From a virus (lineage: Duplodnaviria > Heunggongvirae > Uroviricota > Caudoviricetes): 37,935 nt of DNA. The number at the start of each line of letters is the position of its first letter. Position 1 is the stretch's first letter. Both the position numbers and the translations under genes were made by a program. Below the pieces are notes generated by a model. It did no database searches. It was not told the DNA's origin and was given only the letters and a program-made list of their open reading frames with translations. The stretch spans positions 1 to 37,935 of IMG/VR virus record IMGVR_UViG_2909298281_000006. One strand, written 5' to 3'. Below, piece after piece: positions 8,351-17,864 of the stretch.

Positions 8351-8949
8351 ATGAATGGATGCGCTCACTGAAACGGCACGAACGCCGGGCACTGATGCGT
8401 TCGCTGCGTGACAAACAGGCAAAAAACAGCAGTGATGAAATGCAGAACTGGACACAGAGCCGCAAACAGCCACAGCCTTTGCCTGATAACCACGAGTTAC
8501 TCGCTAAAGAATGGCGGGAGTCTGCTGAATCTCTCGGCCTGCATATCGGTGAACAGCAGATGCAGCACCTGTTACGGGGCGGCAGTCTGTACGTTGGCGG
8601 CAGCATCATTACACCGCAGGGATTTGAAATTGTACGCAAACCGGATACCCGCCCGGACAGCCGAATCACGCAGCTCTGGCAACGCCTGAGTCGTAATCAC
8701 GGCGTAAGCAGCACGGAGATCCGCCATAACCCGGTCGCCAGCTATCTGGAACAACTAGAGGCATCAGACCCTGAAGCCGCCGCACGCCTGGCATCCACAC
8801 TTCAGCAAGACCAGAACACCATGAAAACACCAGTTACCGTACTTTCTGACATGCTGCGCGCCATCCGCGACGCAGAGCACGCACAGAGAATCAATGAAAC
8901 CACTAAACATGCTCGCAAAAAAATCAGTTTATTGCATCGAACACGATAG
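8347..8949 (+). CDS. Hypothetical protein (200 aa), translationally coupled to A
   Basis: Start overlaps the A stop (ATGA); position of the small post-A ORF in P2. Confidence 0.55.
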   Translation: MNEWMRSLKRHERRALMRSLRDKQAKNSSDEMQNWTQSRKQPQPLPDNHELLAKEWRESAESLGLHIGEQQMQHLLRGGSLYVGGSIITPQGFEIVRKPDTRPDSRITQLWQRLSRNHGVSSTEIRHNPVASYLEQLEASDPEAAARLASTLQQDQNTMKTPVTVLSDMLRAIRDAEHAQRINETTKHARKKISLLHRTR

Positions 8950-8961
8950 AAATATAGAGCT

Positions 8962-8989
8962 AAGGCCGCCCTAGGAATAAGGAGGCCTT
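8962..8989. terminator. Hairpin between convergent A operon and cargo operon
   Basis: AAGGCC...GGCCTT inverted repeat at the convergence point. Confidence 0.35.
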
Positions 8990-8994
8990 GAAAA

Positions 8995-9804
8995 TCAACC
9001 TATCTTCTTATGAAGTAAAATTAATTTCTGTATTAATTTGGAATGAAACATAGATATATCAGAAATTCTTATTTCATTAGGCGAGTCTATATGATTGGAA
9101 ACTTCTTCCTCCAAGGAGTCACAAATACTTTCTAGATTTTCAATATCTGCATTTAATTCTGGAAAACTATTAAACAAATATAATGAATCCCGTAACTCTC
9201 CTAGTTTTGGTAAAAGAGTATTACTGAATACACTAAGAAACTCCTCTTCTGATAATGCCATGGAGTTTTTAAAACTTTGCACAACATCGAATGCCAACCC
9301 ATTAATTTTAGGCATAATTACTTCTCTTACCCAATATCCTTCATTAATAGCTTCTTTACGTTCTTTTCTATGTTGAACATAAGGAATAACAAAGGATGAA
9401 ACTAAGGCAAATAAAGAGATGCCAATAGAAATCCACTCTGGACCATTTTCCGGAACCTTTACAATATTATATATATCATGGGAATTTGGAACATCTTTGA
9501 AATAATTAGCAAATAAATCTTTTTTGTTATCCCTTGCCAGAGATAACTTATGAAAGGTGTCGTTTGCCTTTTCACAAAACATCAAGCCATCATTCGGGTT
9601 TCCGGATAACAAAAACGGTGATGATATACCACTAAGTCCTGAATCGGAAATATAAAAAGGCGTGTTTGGATAAAGTGACTCATTACATTCAATGTTTTCT
9701 TTATTGGAAAAATCTGTCACAGAGCAAGCTGCGGGGAATATAAAAAAAATGACAGACAGCGCTGTCATTTTGATTTGAAAAATATTTTTAAAAGAAGGGA
9801 ACAT
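8995..9804 (-). CDS. Cargo gene 3: bitopic membrane protein (N-terminal signal/anchor plus one central TM), candidate effector
   Basis: 269 aa; hydrophobic N-terminus MTALSVIFFIFPAACS, central TM WISIGISLFALVSSFVIPYV, acidic C-terminal domain; AGGAGAGG upstream; start overlaps the upstream gene by 17 nt; AT-rich. Confidence 0.7.
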   Translation of the reverse strand: MFPSFKNIFQIKMTALSVIFFIFPAACSVTDFSNKENIECNESLYPNTPFYISDSGLSGISSPFLLSGNPNDGLMFCEKANDTFHKLSLARDNKKDLFANYFKDVPNSHDIYNIVKVPENGPEWISIGISLFALVSSFVIPYVQHRKERKEAINEGYWVREVIMPKINGLAFDVVQSFKNSMALSEEEFLSVFSNTLLPKLGELRDSLYLFNSFPELNADIENLESICDSLEEEVSNHIDSPNEIRISDISMFHSKLIQKLILLHKKIG

Positions 9805-10132
9805 TTTTATGTAAGCCTCTCCTTACAGCTCTATCTAATTCAGAAAGCATACCTTCTTTATATTCACGACCATCAAGTACAGTGCGACTATAAAATTCGC
9901 TAGGCGAAGAAAATTTCGGCAAAACCGTTTCAAGCATACCTAGAAAGTATGAGCTTGATACAACAATTCCCTTGGGGATCAATAGATATAATCTATCATT
10001 ACTGGTTGTGCAAAATTTCCCTATATTAAAGTAATCATAGGCCTGGCGCCCATTAGAACGTCCAGCAAAAAGTTTCTTGTTACTATCTTTTACTAACTTA
10101 TTGAAATCTATGGTGATGTCAGCCATTTTCAT
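9788..10132 (-). CDS. Cargo gene 2: small STAS-like / anti-sigma-factor-antagonist-like protein (tentative)
   Basis: 114 aa; ITIDFNKLVKDS and GIVVSSSYFLGML resemble the STAS/SpoIIAA DSSG region (from memory); 10-nt gap to the upstream GHKL gene stop. Confidence 0.6.
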   Translation of the reverse strand: MKMADITIDFNKLVKDSNKKLFAGRSNGRQAYDYFNIGKFCTTSNDRLYLLIPKGIVVSSSYFLGMLETVLPKFSSPSEFYSRTVLDGREYKEGMLSELDRAVRRGLHKNVPFF

Positions 10133-10142
10133 GTACCTGTCC

Positions 10143-11522
10143 TCAAGTTCGCTGGGTGGCGTTTTCTGGTAGAGGAAAACGAATATTGATCATAACTCCA
10201 GGAAATCGAGCATCCTTCATACGCTTAAGATAGTTGCGATCCGGTTCAGATTCAAGCCCTACATCATTAAAAGGGTAAGTAAAAATGTCACTTTCCTCGT
10301 CATTAACCAACCTTTGCTTTAATTTATATGATCCATCAAAGTTAATATGAGTACTACCAGATATTAAAGTCATTTTTATCCCACCTTTAATATCTCTTCC
10401 CATTTTTTTAAGATTATCATGCATATCTTGAAATAACTTCAATAATTCAATTGTTCCGGTGCCAGAACTGTCAGTTTCTTTCTCGTTTTTACAACTCACC
10501 CGCCCTTGCAAGGCCGCTACTGTTGTTAATCCTTCCTTAAACATACCCTTTTTCTTAATATGCTTATTTATGTATGGATTAACTTGTTGACTTAATGAAA
10601 AATGATCCTCAGGTAAATTATCAAAAGTTTCGCTGATAGTTTTCCCAAAATTGAAAACAGCCAACTCACATATGGGGTTTCGTACGTTATTATTAACAAA
10701 ACCTCTCAAATACCAGCGTGGGCGTTGCTCTAACCCACAATGCCGCTCCGCATTATCAAGGAGTTCCCCCATGCAGGAAGTTAAATGCTTTTCTGCCTCA
10801 TGTACAAGTTTTAAATTATGATCATTTAAGCATTCGTTTATGTATGCGGTAAATTTTTCAGCAGTGACATTTTTTCTGTCATGGGCAAAGGCAGAAGCAT
10901 TCTCCTTTCCGATACTATCAGCAGAGAAGATTCGTTTCTTCGGATTCGCTTTTTTCGATGCTTCAGTAGAGTCCAGAACTTTACCTGGTGCAGCATTACT
11001 AATCTCTTTTACAAGCCCGACATCCCTGATAATTTCAAGATACTGTTCATCTTTAGGGTAGATACCATTAATCTGAATCATCGTATCTTTGAAATTTATA
11101 TTACTTTGCCTTGCTGCTGTAAGAGCAACACCTAATAGACACTCAAGACCAAGACAGTGTTTTTTGTTTTTCTTGTAATCAAAAATATATGATTTCCATT
11201 TACCTCTTGCAATTAATTTTGTGGCTGCACTAATAAATAGCAGAGATTTCTCTGGATTGTCATATAAGTCAAAATATTTAGGTATTAATATCTTCTCTGC
11301 GTCACGACGAAGAATTGATGAGTCATACTCTTTTATAATCGATATATTTTCAATGAACGTAGCGACTTGGTTTTGGACAGGAGTTGTTTCATCGGAAAAA
11401 CGAAGACTACCATTTTTCTCTTGCGCAGGCTTTTTTTTCTTAGCTCTCTCAACGCTACGAAGAAATCGCAACCATCCACGTAAAAAGGTTCTTTTAGAAT
11501 CTTCTTTATTGATTTTTTTCAT
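10143..11522 (-). CDS. Cargo gene 1: GHKL-superfamily ATPase / putative protein kinase
   Basis: Track ORF runs to TTG 11618; ATG at 11522 (MKKINKED) preferred. N-box-like ELLDNAERH and G2-like SSGTGTIELL; the N-terminal ~230 aa have no motif I recognise. Confidence 0.65.
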   Translation of the reverse strand: MKKINKEDSKRTFLRGWLRFLRSVERAKKKKPAQEKNGSLRFSDETTPVQNQVATFIENISIIKEYDSSILRRDAEKILIPKYFDLYDNPEKSLLFISAATKLIARGKWKSYIFDYKKNKKHCLGLECLLGVALTAARQSNINFKDTMIQINGIYPKDEQYLEIIRDVGLVKEISNAAPGKVLDSTEASKKANPKKRIFSADSIGKENASAFAHDRKNVTAEKFTAYINECLNDHNLKLVHEAEKHLTSCMGELLDNAERHCGLEQRPRWYLRGFVNNNVRNPICELAVFNFGKTISETFDNLPEDHFSLSQQVNPYINKHIKKKGMFKEGLTTVAALQGRVSCKNEKETDSSGTGTIELLKLFQDMHDNLKKMGRDIKGGIKMTLISGSTHINFDGSYKLKQRLVNDEESDIFTYPFNDVGLESEPDRNYLKRMKDARFPGVMINIRFPLPENATQRT

Positions 11523-11601
11523 TTCCAAATGTTCCTGCAAAGTTAACGTAGCCCACAAGGCGCTAAGTATACTTTCTGCTATATTTTTTTCACTATACAA
11601 A

Positions 11602-11628
11602 TGCACAATAGTGCACAAATTTGCACAA
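11602..11628. repeat. Three direct TGCACAA repeats with exact 10-bp phasing upstream of the cargo operon (fourth copy at 11694-11700)
   Basis: Read directly: TGCACAA at 11602-11608, 11612-11618, 11622-11628. Confidence 0.6.
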
Positions 11629-11639
11629 TTTTTTTGAAC

Positions 11640-11720
11640 GACTTTTTGCCCTTCTGGCCCGCGTGGCGGCTGGATCCGTCAAGGATCCGTGCGTGCACAA
11701 AAAAACGCGCTTTTTCTGCG
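11640..11720. other. Candidate cos region
   Basis: P2-family cos lies between the old/tin locus and Q; GCGTGGCGG (11661-11669) resembles the start of the 186/P2 cohesive end as I recall it; adjacent direct repeat GGATCCGT x2. Confidence 0.3.
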
Positions 11721-12001
11721 CGCAGGTGACGGGGGAACAGCCCGCGTTTCAGGGGGTAAATAGCATTCCCTGAACGATGTCGCAGAGATAGAACAGAATG
11801 GCTGTATTTCTCACGCTGAGCGTGAAAAAGACGTGAGGGCTTTTGATTTGATGGGGTGAAAGGTAAGGCCGTCAAAATCGCACTGAGACGGCGAGAACAT
11901 GCAGTCAACGCGGTGGGATTGCGTAAGAGTCTGACTGTCGATGATGGCAATCAGCAGGAAAGCGTCGTGAAATTATCTGACTGATACAGGAGCTGGAGAG
12001 T

Positions 12002-12026
12002 CGGGGCATAAATTTTTTATGCCCCG
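12002..12026. terminator. Perfect 11-bp-stem hairpin downstream of Q
   Basis: CGGGGCATAAA-TTT-TTTATGCCCCG, 27 nt beyond the Q stop. Confidence 0.45.
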
Positions 12027-12052
12027 GCGAAGCAGCAGACAAGCGAAGCGCG

Positions 12053-13099
12053 TCAGGATGTGGGCTGGGTGTCTAACAGTGCGTAAGGGTTAAAGCGGAT
12101 CACCTCTTCGCCAAGCCAGTCATTGATGTGCTTCATGGCCTCCATGACGGGCATCAGCTCGTTAATTGCGTAAACCCGCGCGGCTTTCTCCACATCACCA
12201 AACGCACTTTTTTCGCCCGGCATCGCCCCCATCAGTTGCGGCGGAACGCGGTGCGCAGCCAGCACATCATCACGGGATGCCGCCTTAACATTCATGAACT
12301 CATCCTTTGCGGTGATCTGCTGGAACGGCAAAATTTGCACCCCTTCTTTGCCCCCGTTGGGCGCATGAATGAGCACGTTTTTAAATGCACCACCACCACG
12401 CGCACCCTGTAACGTTTCTTTCAGGGAGTCCATGCTTTCGCGGTTTACCTGCGCTGCACCGATGTAGATGATGCACCCGGCGTGGGATCCGTTGTCGTAG
12501 TACAGTTTTCTGAACATGTCCGCCGAATGAGAAAGGCTGGCCGAGAGTAATGCGCCAAGATATTCCGGCATGCCGTAGATTTCCTGGTTAATATCCGGAT
12601 TCATCAGGTGGCACACTTTGCCAGGGCGAAGCTGGAACGCGTCCTTGCCATCCTGCACATACCACCATGATTCAAGATCGCTTCCGCGTCGCATGTATTT
12701 CGCCAGGGCGTGCCGTAATTTAAGCGGTTCGCCGAGCATATTGCTCCGAAGCTCAAGGAATGCGTTACCGAACACAAACCAGTCCAGCGCCAGCGCCGAG
12801 AAATCCTGCCGGGAAAGCAGCGGGTGCGGGATGTAGCACCCGAGCAATACATTACGCTTAAAGTAAAGCGCAGACTGATGCCAGGACGTTTGCCGGGCGG
12901 CTCTTGCCAGACCGTACCAGTCCACCGGGGTTTCATACCACCGCCCGTTATCAGCACAGTACATATTGTCCAGCAGGTCATGCCCGGTCAGGCGATAAGG
13001 ACCATCAAATGTGAATGCACTGAGCGATGATTCTTTCCTGAGCGCATCAGCGAGATCAATGCGTGAACTCATGCGCACTTTTTTATTTTTTCTGCTCAT
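12053..13099 (-). CDS. Q: Portal protein
   Basis: 348 aa; size, position and orientation match P2 gpQ; start overlaps the P stop. Confidence 0.9.
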   Translation of the reverse strand: MSRKNKKVRMSSRIDLADALRKESSLSAFTFDGPYRLTGHDLLDNMYCADNGRWYETPVDWYGLARAARQTSWHQSALYFKRNVLLGCYIPHPLLSRQDFSALALDWFVFGNAFLELRSNMLGEPLKLRHALAKYMRRGSDLESWWYVQDGKDAFQLRPGKVCHLMNPDINQEIYGMPEYLGALLSASLSHSADMFRKLYYDNGSHAGCIIYIGAAQVNRESMDSLKETLQGARGGGAFKNVLIHAPNGGKEGVQILPFQQITAKDEFMNVKAASRDDVLAAHRVPPQLMGAMPGEKSAFGDVEKAARVYAINELMPVMEAMKHINDWLGEEVIRFNPYALLDTQPTS

Positions 13100-14850
13100 C
13101 AGAACTCCATAACCGTAAAACGCTCGTTTTCCCCTTCGCCGCCAATCGGTTCGTTAATGACAGCAAGCATGGTTGCCCACGCAAGGTCGCCGTGGCTGAT
13201 CCCCCTCGCACGGTCCGTTTCGTAAGTGATAAAGCCGCCCGGTGTTTTCACCTTACGCACGGCGTTAAAGGCTGCGACCAGCTCGCGTTCGGCGCGATCA
13301 TATTCCCACCGCCCGGCACGCATTATTTGCAGCATTTTCAGTACCAGCGACCGTTTTGATGACAGCGTGAAGGTGTACGGAATAGCAGCAGGGAAAAACC
13401 GTTTCACTATCTGATAAACAGCCTCCCCGTTCCCGCCCGTCACATCAATGCCGATGTGTTCCACGTTGTAGCGACACGTGAACTCTTCAATGACTCTGGC
13501 CTGTTCTTCAAACTCCAGCCCCTGAACGCGTCGCGTCTCCACCGTTCGAAAACGGCCTCCAGGAACAGCCGGAGGAACCACCACGGACACAGCGCCGCTG
13601 TCGCCGTTTCCACTGCTGCCGTTTGCGTCATACCCAATCCATACCGGACGATTCCCCATCGGGCGGGGAGCAAAAGGTTTCCAGTCTTTCCAGTCGTCGT
13701 ATCCGTCAACACCGCAGCCAATCAGGATATTCAGGTTAAATGCCGATTCCCCTTCGCGGACAAACTCACACATATAGAGATTGCGGAACTCGTCTTCGGT
13801 GTTTTCATCACGAATTTCGTCAATATCGGTGTGTTTCCAGCCGTGATTAACCACATCTTCCAGCGTGACAATTTGCCGCCACGTCCGGTCAGGGCAGATA
13901 AGCCCGTTATGCAGCGTTTTCCAGTCCACAGAAAAACGCTGGCGTTTATGCGTGGCCTTTTTCTCGTTCCAGCGGTCGCCATTCCAGTAGGCGTATGCCT
14001 CGTGCGTTTCGGTGGATGGCGTGGAGAAGTAGGTGCGCCGCAGTCCGCTGAGGGTTGCCATAGCGCCAGCCACCTTGCGCAGTTCAGCAAAGCGACTGAC
14101 CCAGAAAAATTCATCAAAATAAAAATTGCCCGTGTAGGACTGTGCCGTCGCAGCAGAAGTACCAAGAAAATGCAGCTCTGCGCCGTTGGAGAGGATGATT
14201 TTATCGCCCCCTTTCAGCTCCACATCAACTTCAGCCGCAGCCTTCTGAATAATGCTTTTAAACTGGAACGCCTGACGACGCGACGCAGACAAAAAAATCT
14301 GGTTACGCTGGTAAGGTTGTGCCACATCGTCACGCAGCGCCATCAGCAGTGCTTCCTGTGCAAAATACCAGGTCGCCCCAATCTGTCGGGATTTCAGGAT
14401 CATCCTGTTACGTATCCCGGCTTCCCTGCAAAGGGTCAGGGAGTCAAACCAGCCCCGCTGATGCCACTCCAGCCTGCTGATGATTTTTTCCCGCAGTGCG
14501 GCAATCTGTTCCGGCGTGAAATGATTTTTGAGTTTTTTCGCCCGGCCTTTCTTTCCTGCGGCCATCACATCCGGCTGGCCATCATGCAGCTTTTTAAGCT
14601 GCCGGGTCAGCAGGTCTATTTCCTTGAAGTCACCACCTGTTTTATTCTGTTTTTCAGTAAGCTGGATGAGGCGCGCATCGATGGACTGCGTGACACGCTG
14701 CACGGGTGGCGTTTCATCCCACTGGTCGCGTTTTTTCCACGCATAAATCGTGTTCGGGTTTATTCCCATCAGACGTGATATTTCTGCGGGCGGATAACCC
14801 TGCCAGTAAAGTTGCCGCGCACGCTGGCGCACAAAAGCGTCCTGAATCAT
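13099..14850 (-). CDS. P: Terminase large (ATPase) subunit
   Basis: 583 aa; size and position match P2 gpP. Confidence 0.9.
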   Translation of the reverse strand: MIQDAFVRQRARQLYWQGYPPAEISRLMGINPNTIYAWKKRDQWDETPPVQRVTQSIDARLIQLTEKQNKTGGDFKEIDLLTRQLKKLHDGQPDVMAAGKKGRAKKLKNHFTPEQIAALREKIISRLEWHQRGWFDSLTLCREAGIRNRMILKSRQIGATWYFAQEALLMALRDDVAQPYQRNQIFLSASRRQAFQFKSIIQKAAAEVDVELKGGDKIILSNGAELHFLGTSAATAQSYTGNFYFDEFFWVSRFAELRKVAGAMATLSGLRRTYFSTPSTETHEAYAYWNGDRWNEKKATHKRQRFSVDWKTLHNGLICPDRTWRQIVTLEDVVNHGWKHTDIDEIRDENTEDEFRNLYMCEFVREGESAFNLNILIGCGVDGYDDWKDWKPFAPRPMGNRPVWIGYDANGSSGNGDSGAVSVVVPPAVPGGRFRTVETRRVQGLEFEEQARVIEEFTCRYNVEHIGIDVTGGNGEAVYQIVKRFFPAAIPYTFTLSSKRSLVLKMLQIMRAGRWEYDRAERELVAAFNAVRKVKTPGGFITYETDRARGISHGDLAWATMLAVINEPIGGEGENERFTVMEF

Positions 14851-15004
14851 TGCTCCCCCTGAGTAATTACAGGAAGATTACCCGCGCGCGAAACCGTTCT
14901 CCTTAACCCCCTGTTCTGACTGTTTTCTTACAACAAAAGCCCTTTGTATCAGCCTGTTACGCTTTGCCATCATGACTGAAGAACCAGTCAGAGGGGCAAA
15001 AACT

Positions 15005-15841
15005 ATGACTAATGAAAAAAAGACATCCCGCAAAAAGTTTCGCGTGGCTGTCTCCGGTGTGACGGCAGACGGGCGCGAAATCAACGGCGACATGCTGAAA
15101 GCTGCCGCCACCAGTTATAACCCGTCCGTTTATGGTGCACGTGTGAATATTGAGCACATCCTGTCACCACTCCCCGGTAGCGAGTTTTCCGCTATGGGCG
15201 ATGTTGTGGGGTTGAGCACCGAAGACATAACCGATGGCCCGCTGGCAGGCCGCACGGCACTGTATGCCGAAATTGAGCCGACCGCTCGCATGATGTCCCT
15301 GCTTAACGATGGTAAAAAAATTTACTCCAGTATTGAGCTGGAACCACAGTCAACCATCACGGGAGGCCCTTACCTGCGCGGGCTGGCAATGACCGACACC
15401 CCCGCCAGCCTGGGCACGGAACGTCTGGCCTTTGCGGCACAACAACGTATGCAACTGATGACATTCAACTGTCAGCAGGGAGACGTGGCGATGTTCACCG
15501 CCGCTATGGAGTCAGAACTTATCGAACTCACCGAACAACGTCAGGAAGAAGGCACCCAGTGGTTTAACCGCGTTATGGGGATTATTGGCCGTGGCCGCAA
15601 AGCGGATGACGCCAGTTTCTCCCGTATTCAGGAAGCGGTGGAAGGTGTCGCAACGTCACAGGCCGATATTATCGACCGTTTTAATGCACTGGAAACCCGC
15701 CATCAGCAGGACAGCCAGAAAATCACTTCGCTGACCACAGAGCTGACAGCACTGAAGGAAAAGCTGCGCACGCAGGACGGCGATCCGCAGAACCGGTTCA
15801 CCGCAACGGGCGCAGCCTCCGACCAGCTGGCTGACTTCTGA
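15005..15841 (+). CDS. O: Capsid scaffolding protein
   Basis: ATG 15005 after GAGGGG; KKFRVAVSGVTADGREINGDM...YGARVNIEHI matches the remembered P2 gpO N-terminal pattern. Confidence 0.85.
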   Translation: MTNEKKTSRKKFRVAVSGVTADGREINGDMLKAAATSYNPSVYGARVNIEHILSPLPGSEFSAMGDVVGLSTEDITDGPLAGRTALYAEIEPTARMMSLLNDGKKIYSSIELEPQSTITGGPYLRGLAMTDTPASLGTERLAFAAQQRMQLMTFNCQQGDVAMFTAAMESELIELTEQRQEEGTQWFNRVMGIIGRGRKADDASFSRIQEAVEGVATSQADIIDRFNALETRHQQDSQKITSLTTELTALKEKLRTQDGDPQNRFTATGAASDQLADF

Positions 15842-15864
15842 TAAGACAAAGGAGCAAATTTTTT

Positions 15865-16917
15865 ATGAATCTGGTGATGTCAGATAATGCCCGTAACAAG
15901 CTGGGCTGCTACATGACGCGACAGGCGTCGATTAACAATATCCCGGTTTCTGGGCTGGTATCGCGATTTACCGTGGAACCCTCGGTGCAGCAGCGTTTTG
16001 AAAACGCCTCAAAGGATAGCACCGAACTTACAAAAAAAATTAACGTGATCGGTGTGACCGACCAGAAAGGCGAAAAAGTCCTCATGGACACCACCGGGCC
16101 GATTGCGCGCACAAATACCAGTTATGACGGCACAGATCGCCGCAACCCGATTAACGCTGTCGACCTGAAGTCCCGTCAGTACCAGTGTGAGCAGGTGAAC
16201 TACGACACGTTTATTTCGTATCCGCAGCTTGATGCCTGGGCGGCGCACAATGACTTCCAGACCCGCATCAGCGCACAGATTGCCCGACAGGTGGCGCTTG
16301 ACCGCATCATGATCGGCTTTAACGGCACGTCACACGCGGAAAAATCCAACTTCAGCACCAACAAGCTGCTTCAGGACGTTAACGTGGGGTGGCTGAAGCA
16401 CATCAGAACCAATGCCAGCGCGCGCGTAATGAATGACGTGACGCTGACCTCCCGCAACATGGACAACACCGTGGCGCACGCGGGTAAGTATGCGAACGCT
16501 GATGCACTGGTTCAGGACGCACGCTCATCCCTGCTGGATGAATGGCACAAGGAAGCTGACGACCTCGTGGTGATTATGGGGCGCAACCTGTTTAACTCGC
16601 TGCGTCTGCCCGTGCTGAACAGCATCAGCGGCCAGAATCCCAATGCGGAATTACTCGCCGGACAGCTCATCCTGTCATCGCGCACCATTGGCGGGCTGGG
16701 TGTGTTCCTTGCGCCGTTCTTCCCGGATGCAACGATGCTGATCACCTCGTTCAACAACCTGTCGATTTACTGGCAGAAAGGTTCAATGCGTCGTCTGATG
16801 AAAGACGAACCGGAATACAACCGCATCGCCACCTACCAGTCCATCAATGACGCTTATGTCGTTGAAGACTATGGCAAGTGCGCGATGGTCACTGGCCTGA
16901 AGTTCGCCGACAGCTAA
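15865..16917 (+). CDS. N: Major capsid protein
   Basis: 350 aa; FTVEPSV, GFNG, NLSIYW and YVVEDY motifs match remembered P2 gpN. Confidence 0.9.
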   Translation: MNLVMSDNARNKLGCYMTRQASINNIPVSGLVSRFTVEPSVQQRFENASKDSTELTKKINVIGVTDQKGEKVLMDTTGPIARTNTSYDGTDRRNPINAVDLKSRQYQCEQVNYDTFISYPQLDAWAAHNDFQTRISAQIARQVALDRIMIGFNGTSHAEKSNFSTNKLLQDVNVGWLKHIRTNASARVMNDVTLTSRNMDNTVAHAGKYANADALVQDARSSLLDEWHKEADDLVVIMGRNLFNSLRLPVLNSISGQNPNAELLAGQLILSSRTIGGLGVFLAPFFPDATMLITSFNNLSIYWQKGSMRRLMKDEPEYNRIATYQSINDAYVVEDYGKCAMVTGLKFADS

Positions 16918-16962
16918 TCAACTCACAGCGGGCATCATGCCCGCCTGTAACGGAGAGAAAAA

Positions 16963-17763
16963 ATGATTACTCCTGCACAGCAACACTGGCAGAACGTGAT
17001 GGCACAGCGCGCAGGCCGGGCGAATGAAGGCGTGGACCACGCCGCGCGTACCGCGCATGAAGAGGTGCTGTATCGTCTGCGTCTGGCACAGGCCCGGCTT
17101 AAGGGCGTACAGGCCAGAAGCGCGAAAGCCGCCATCAAAAAAGAGTTGTTGCCGGACTTTTCCGGCTGGATTGAGGGAACGCTGGAGGCTGACGGCGGGC
17201 AGCAGGATGAAGTGATTGCCACGCTGATGGTGTGGGCGATTGACTGCGGCGATCTTCCGCTGGCGTTGCGTATTGGTGCGTATGTGGTCCGTCATAACCT
17301 CATTATGCCGGATAACTTTGGCCGTACTGCTGCCACAGTGCTGACCGAAGAAATCTGCAACCCGGTACTGACGCAGGCCGGGACGGATGCCGACGCGGAT
17401 TTGTCCGCCTTTATCGAACCACTGGATACCCTCCGGGAGATTGTCACCGACCAGGACATGCCGGACGAAGTGCGCGCCAAATTATGCAAGGCGTGCGCCT
17501 TTGCCCGTCGTGGCCTGAGTGATGCGGACAGCATGGCCCTGTCACTGAAGCTGCTGCGCGAAGCAATGCACCTGAACCCGAATGCAGGTGTGAAACGCGA
17601 GATTGCAACCCTTTCCCGCGCCCTGAAAAAAGCCGATTCCGCAGCCGCACCAGAAGATGCCAGCACACCGCAGGCGCAGGACGAAAGCAGCAAAAGTAAA
17701 AAGACAACGCGGAAGCCTGCAACACGAAAAACCACCGCGACGCAGAAGGCGAAGCGCGGTTAA
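16963..17763 (+). CDS. M: Terminase small / endonuclease subunit
   Basis: 266 aa; position after N and similarity to P2 gpM. Confidence 0.85.
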   Translation: MITPAQQHWQNVMAQRAGRANEGVDHAARTAHEEVLYRLRLAQARLKGVQARSAKAAIKKELLPDFSGWIEGTLEADGGQQDEVIATLMVWAIDCGDLPLALRIGAYVVRHNLIMPDNFGRTAATVLTEEICNPVLTQAGTDADADLSAFIEPLDTLREIVTDQDMPDEVRAKLCKACAFARRGLSDADSMALSLKLLREAMHLNPNAGVKREIATLSRALKKADSAAAPEDASTPQAQDESSKSKKTTRKPATRKTTATQKAKRG

Positions 17764-17780
17764 CGACTGACCCCGTCAGC

Positions 17781-17850
17781 GGGCGGCGTGCGCGGTGTTC
17801 CGGTTTGACTCCGTGACCGTTTACACCGCGCACCCACCGCCCGATTTTTT
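17781..17850 (+). terminator. Stem-loop plus T-run between M and L (terminator or attenuator)
   Basis: GGGCGGCGTGCGCGGTG pairs with CACCGCGCACCCACCGCCC, followed by GATTTTTT. Confidence 0.4.
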
Positions 17851-17864
17851 CAGGAGTGAACCCC

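Noticed and set aside
11579-11950. 123-aa minus-strand ORF over the cos/promoter gap
   Set aside because: Overlaps the TGCACAA array and the cos candidate, has no SD and an arbitrary composition; the region is better explained as regulatory and packaging DNA.
13456-14778. 440-aa plus-strand ORF
   Set aside because: Entirely antisense within terminase gene P, which is strongly supported by similarity and synteny.
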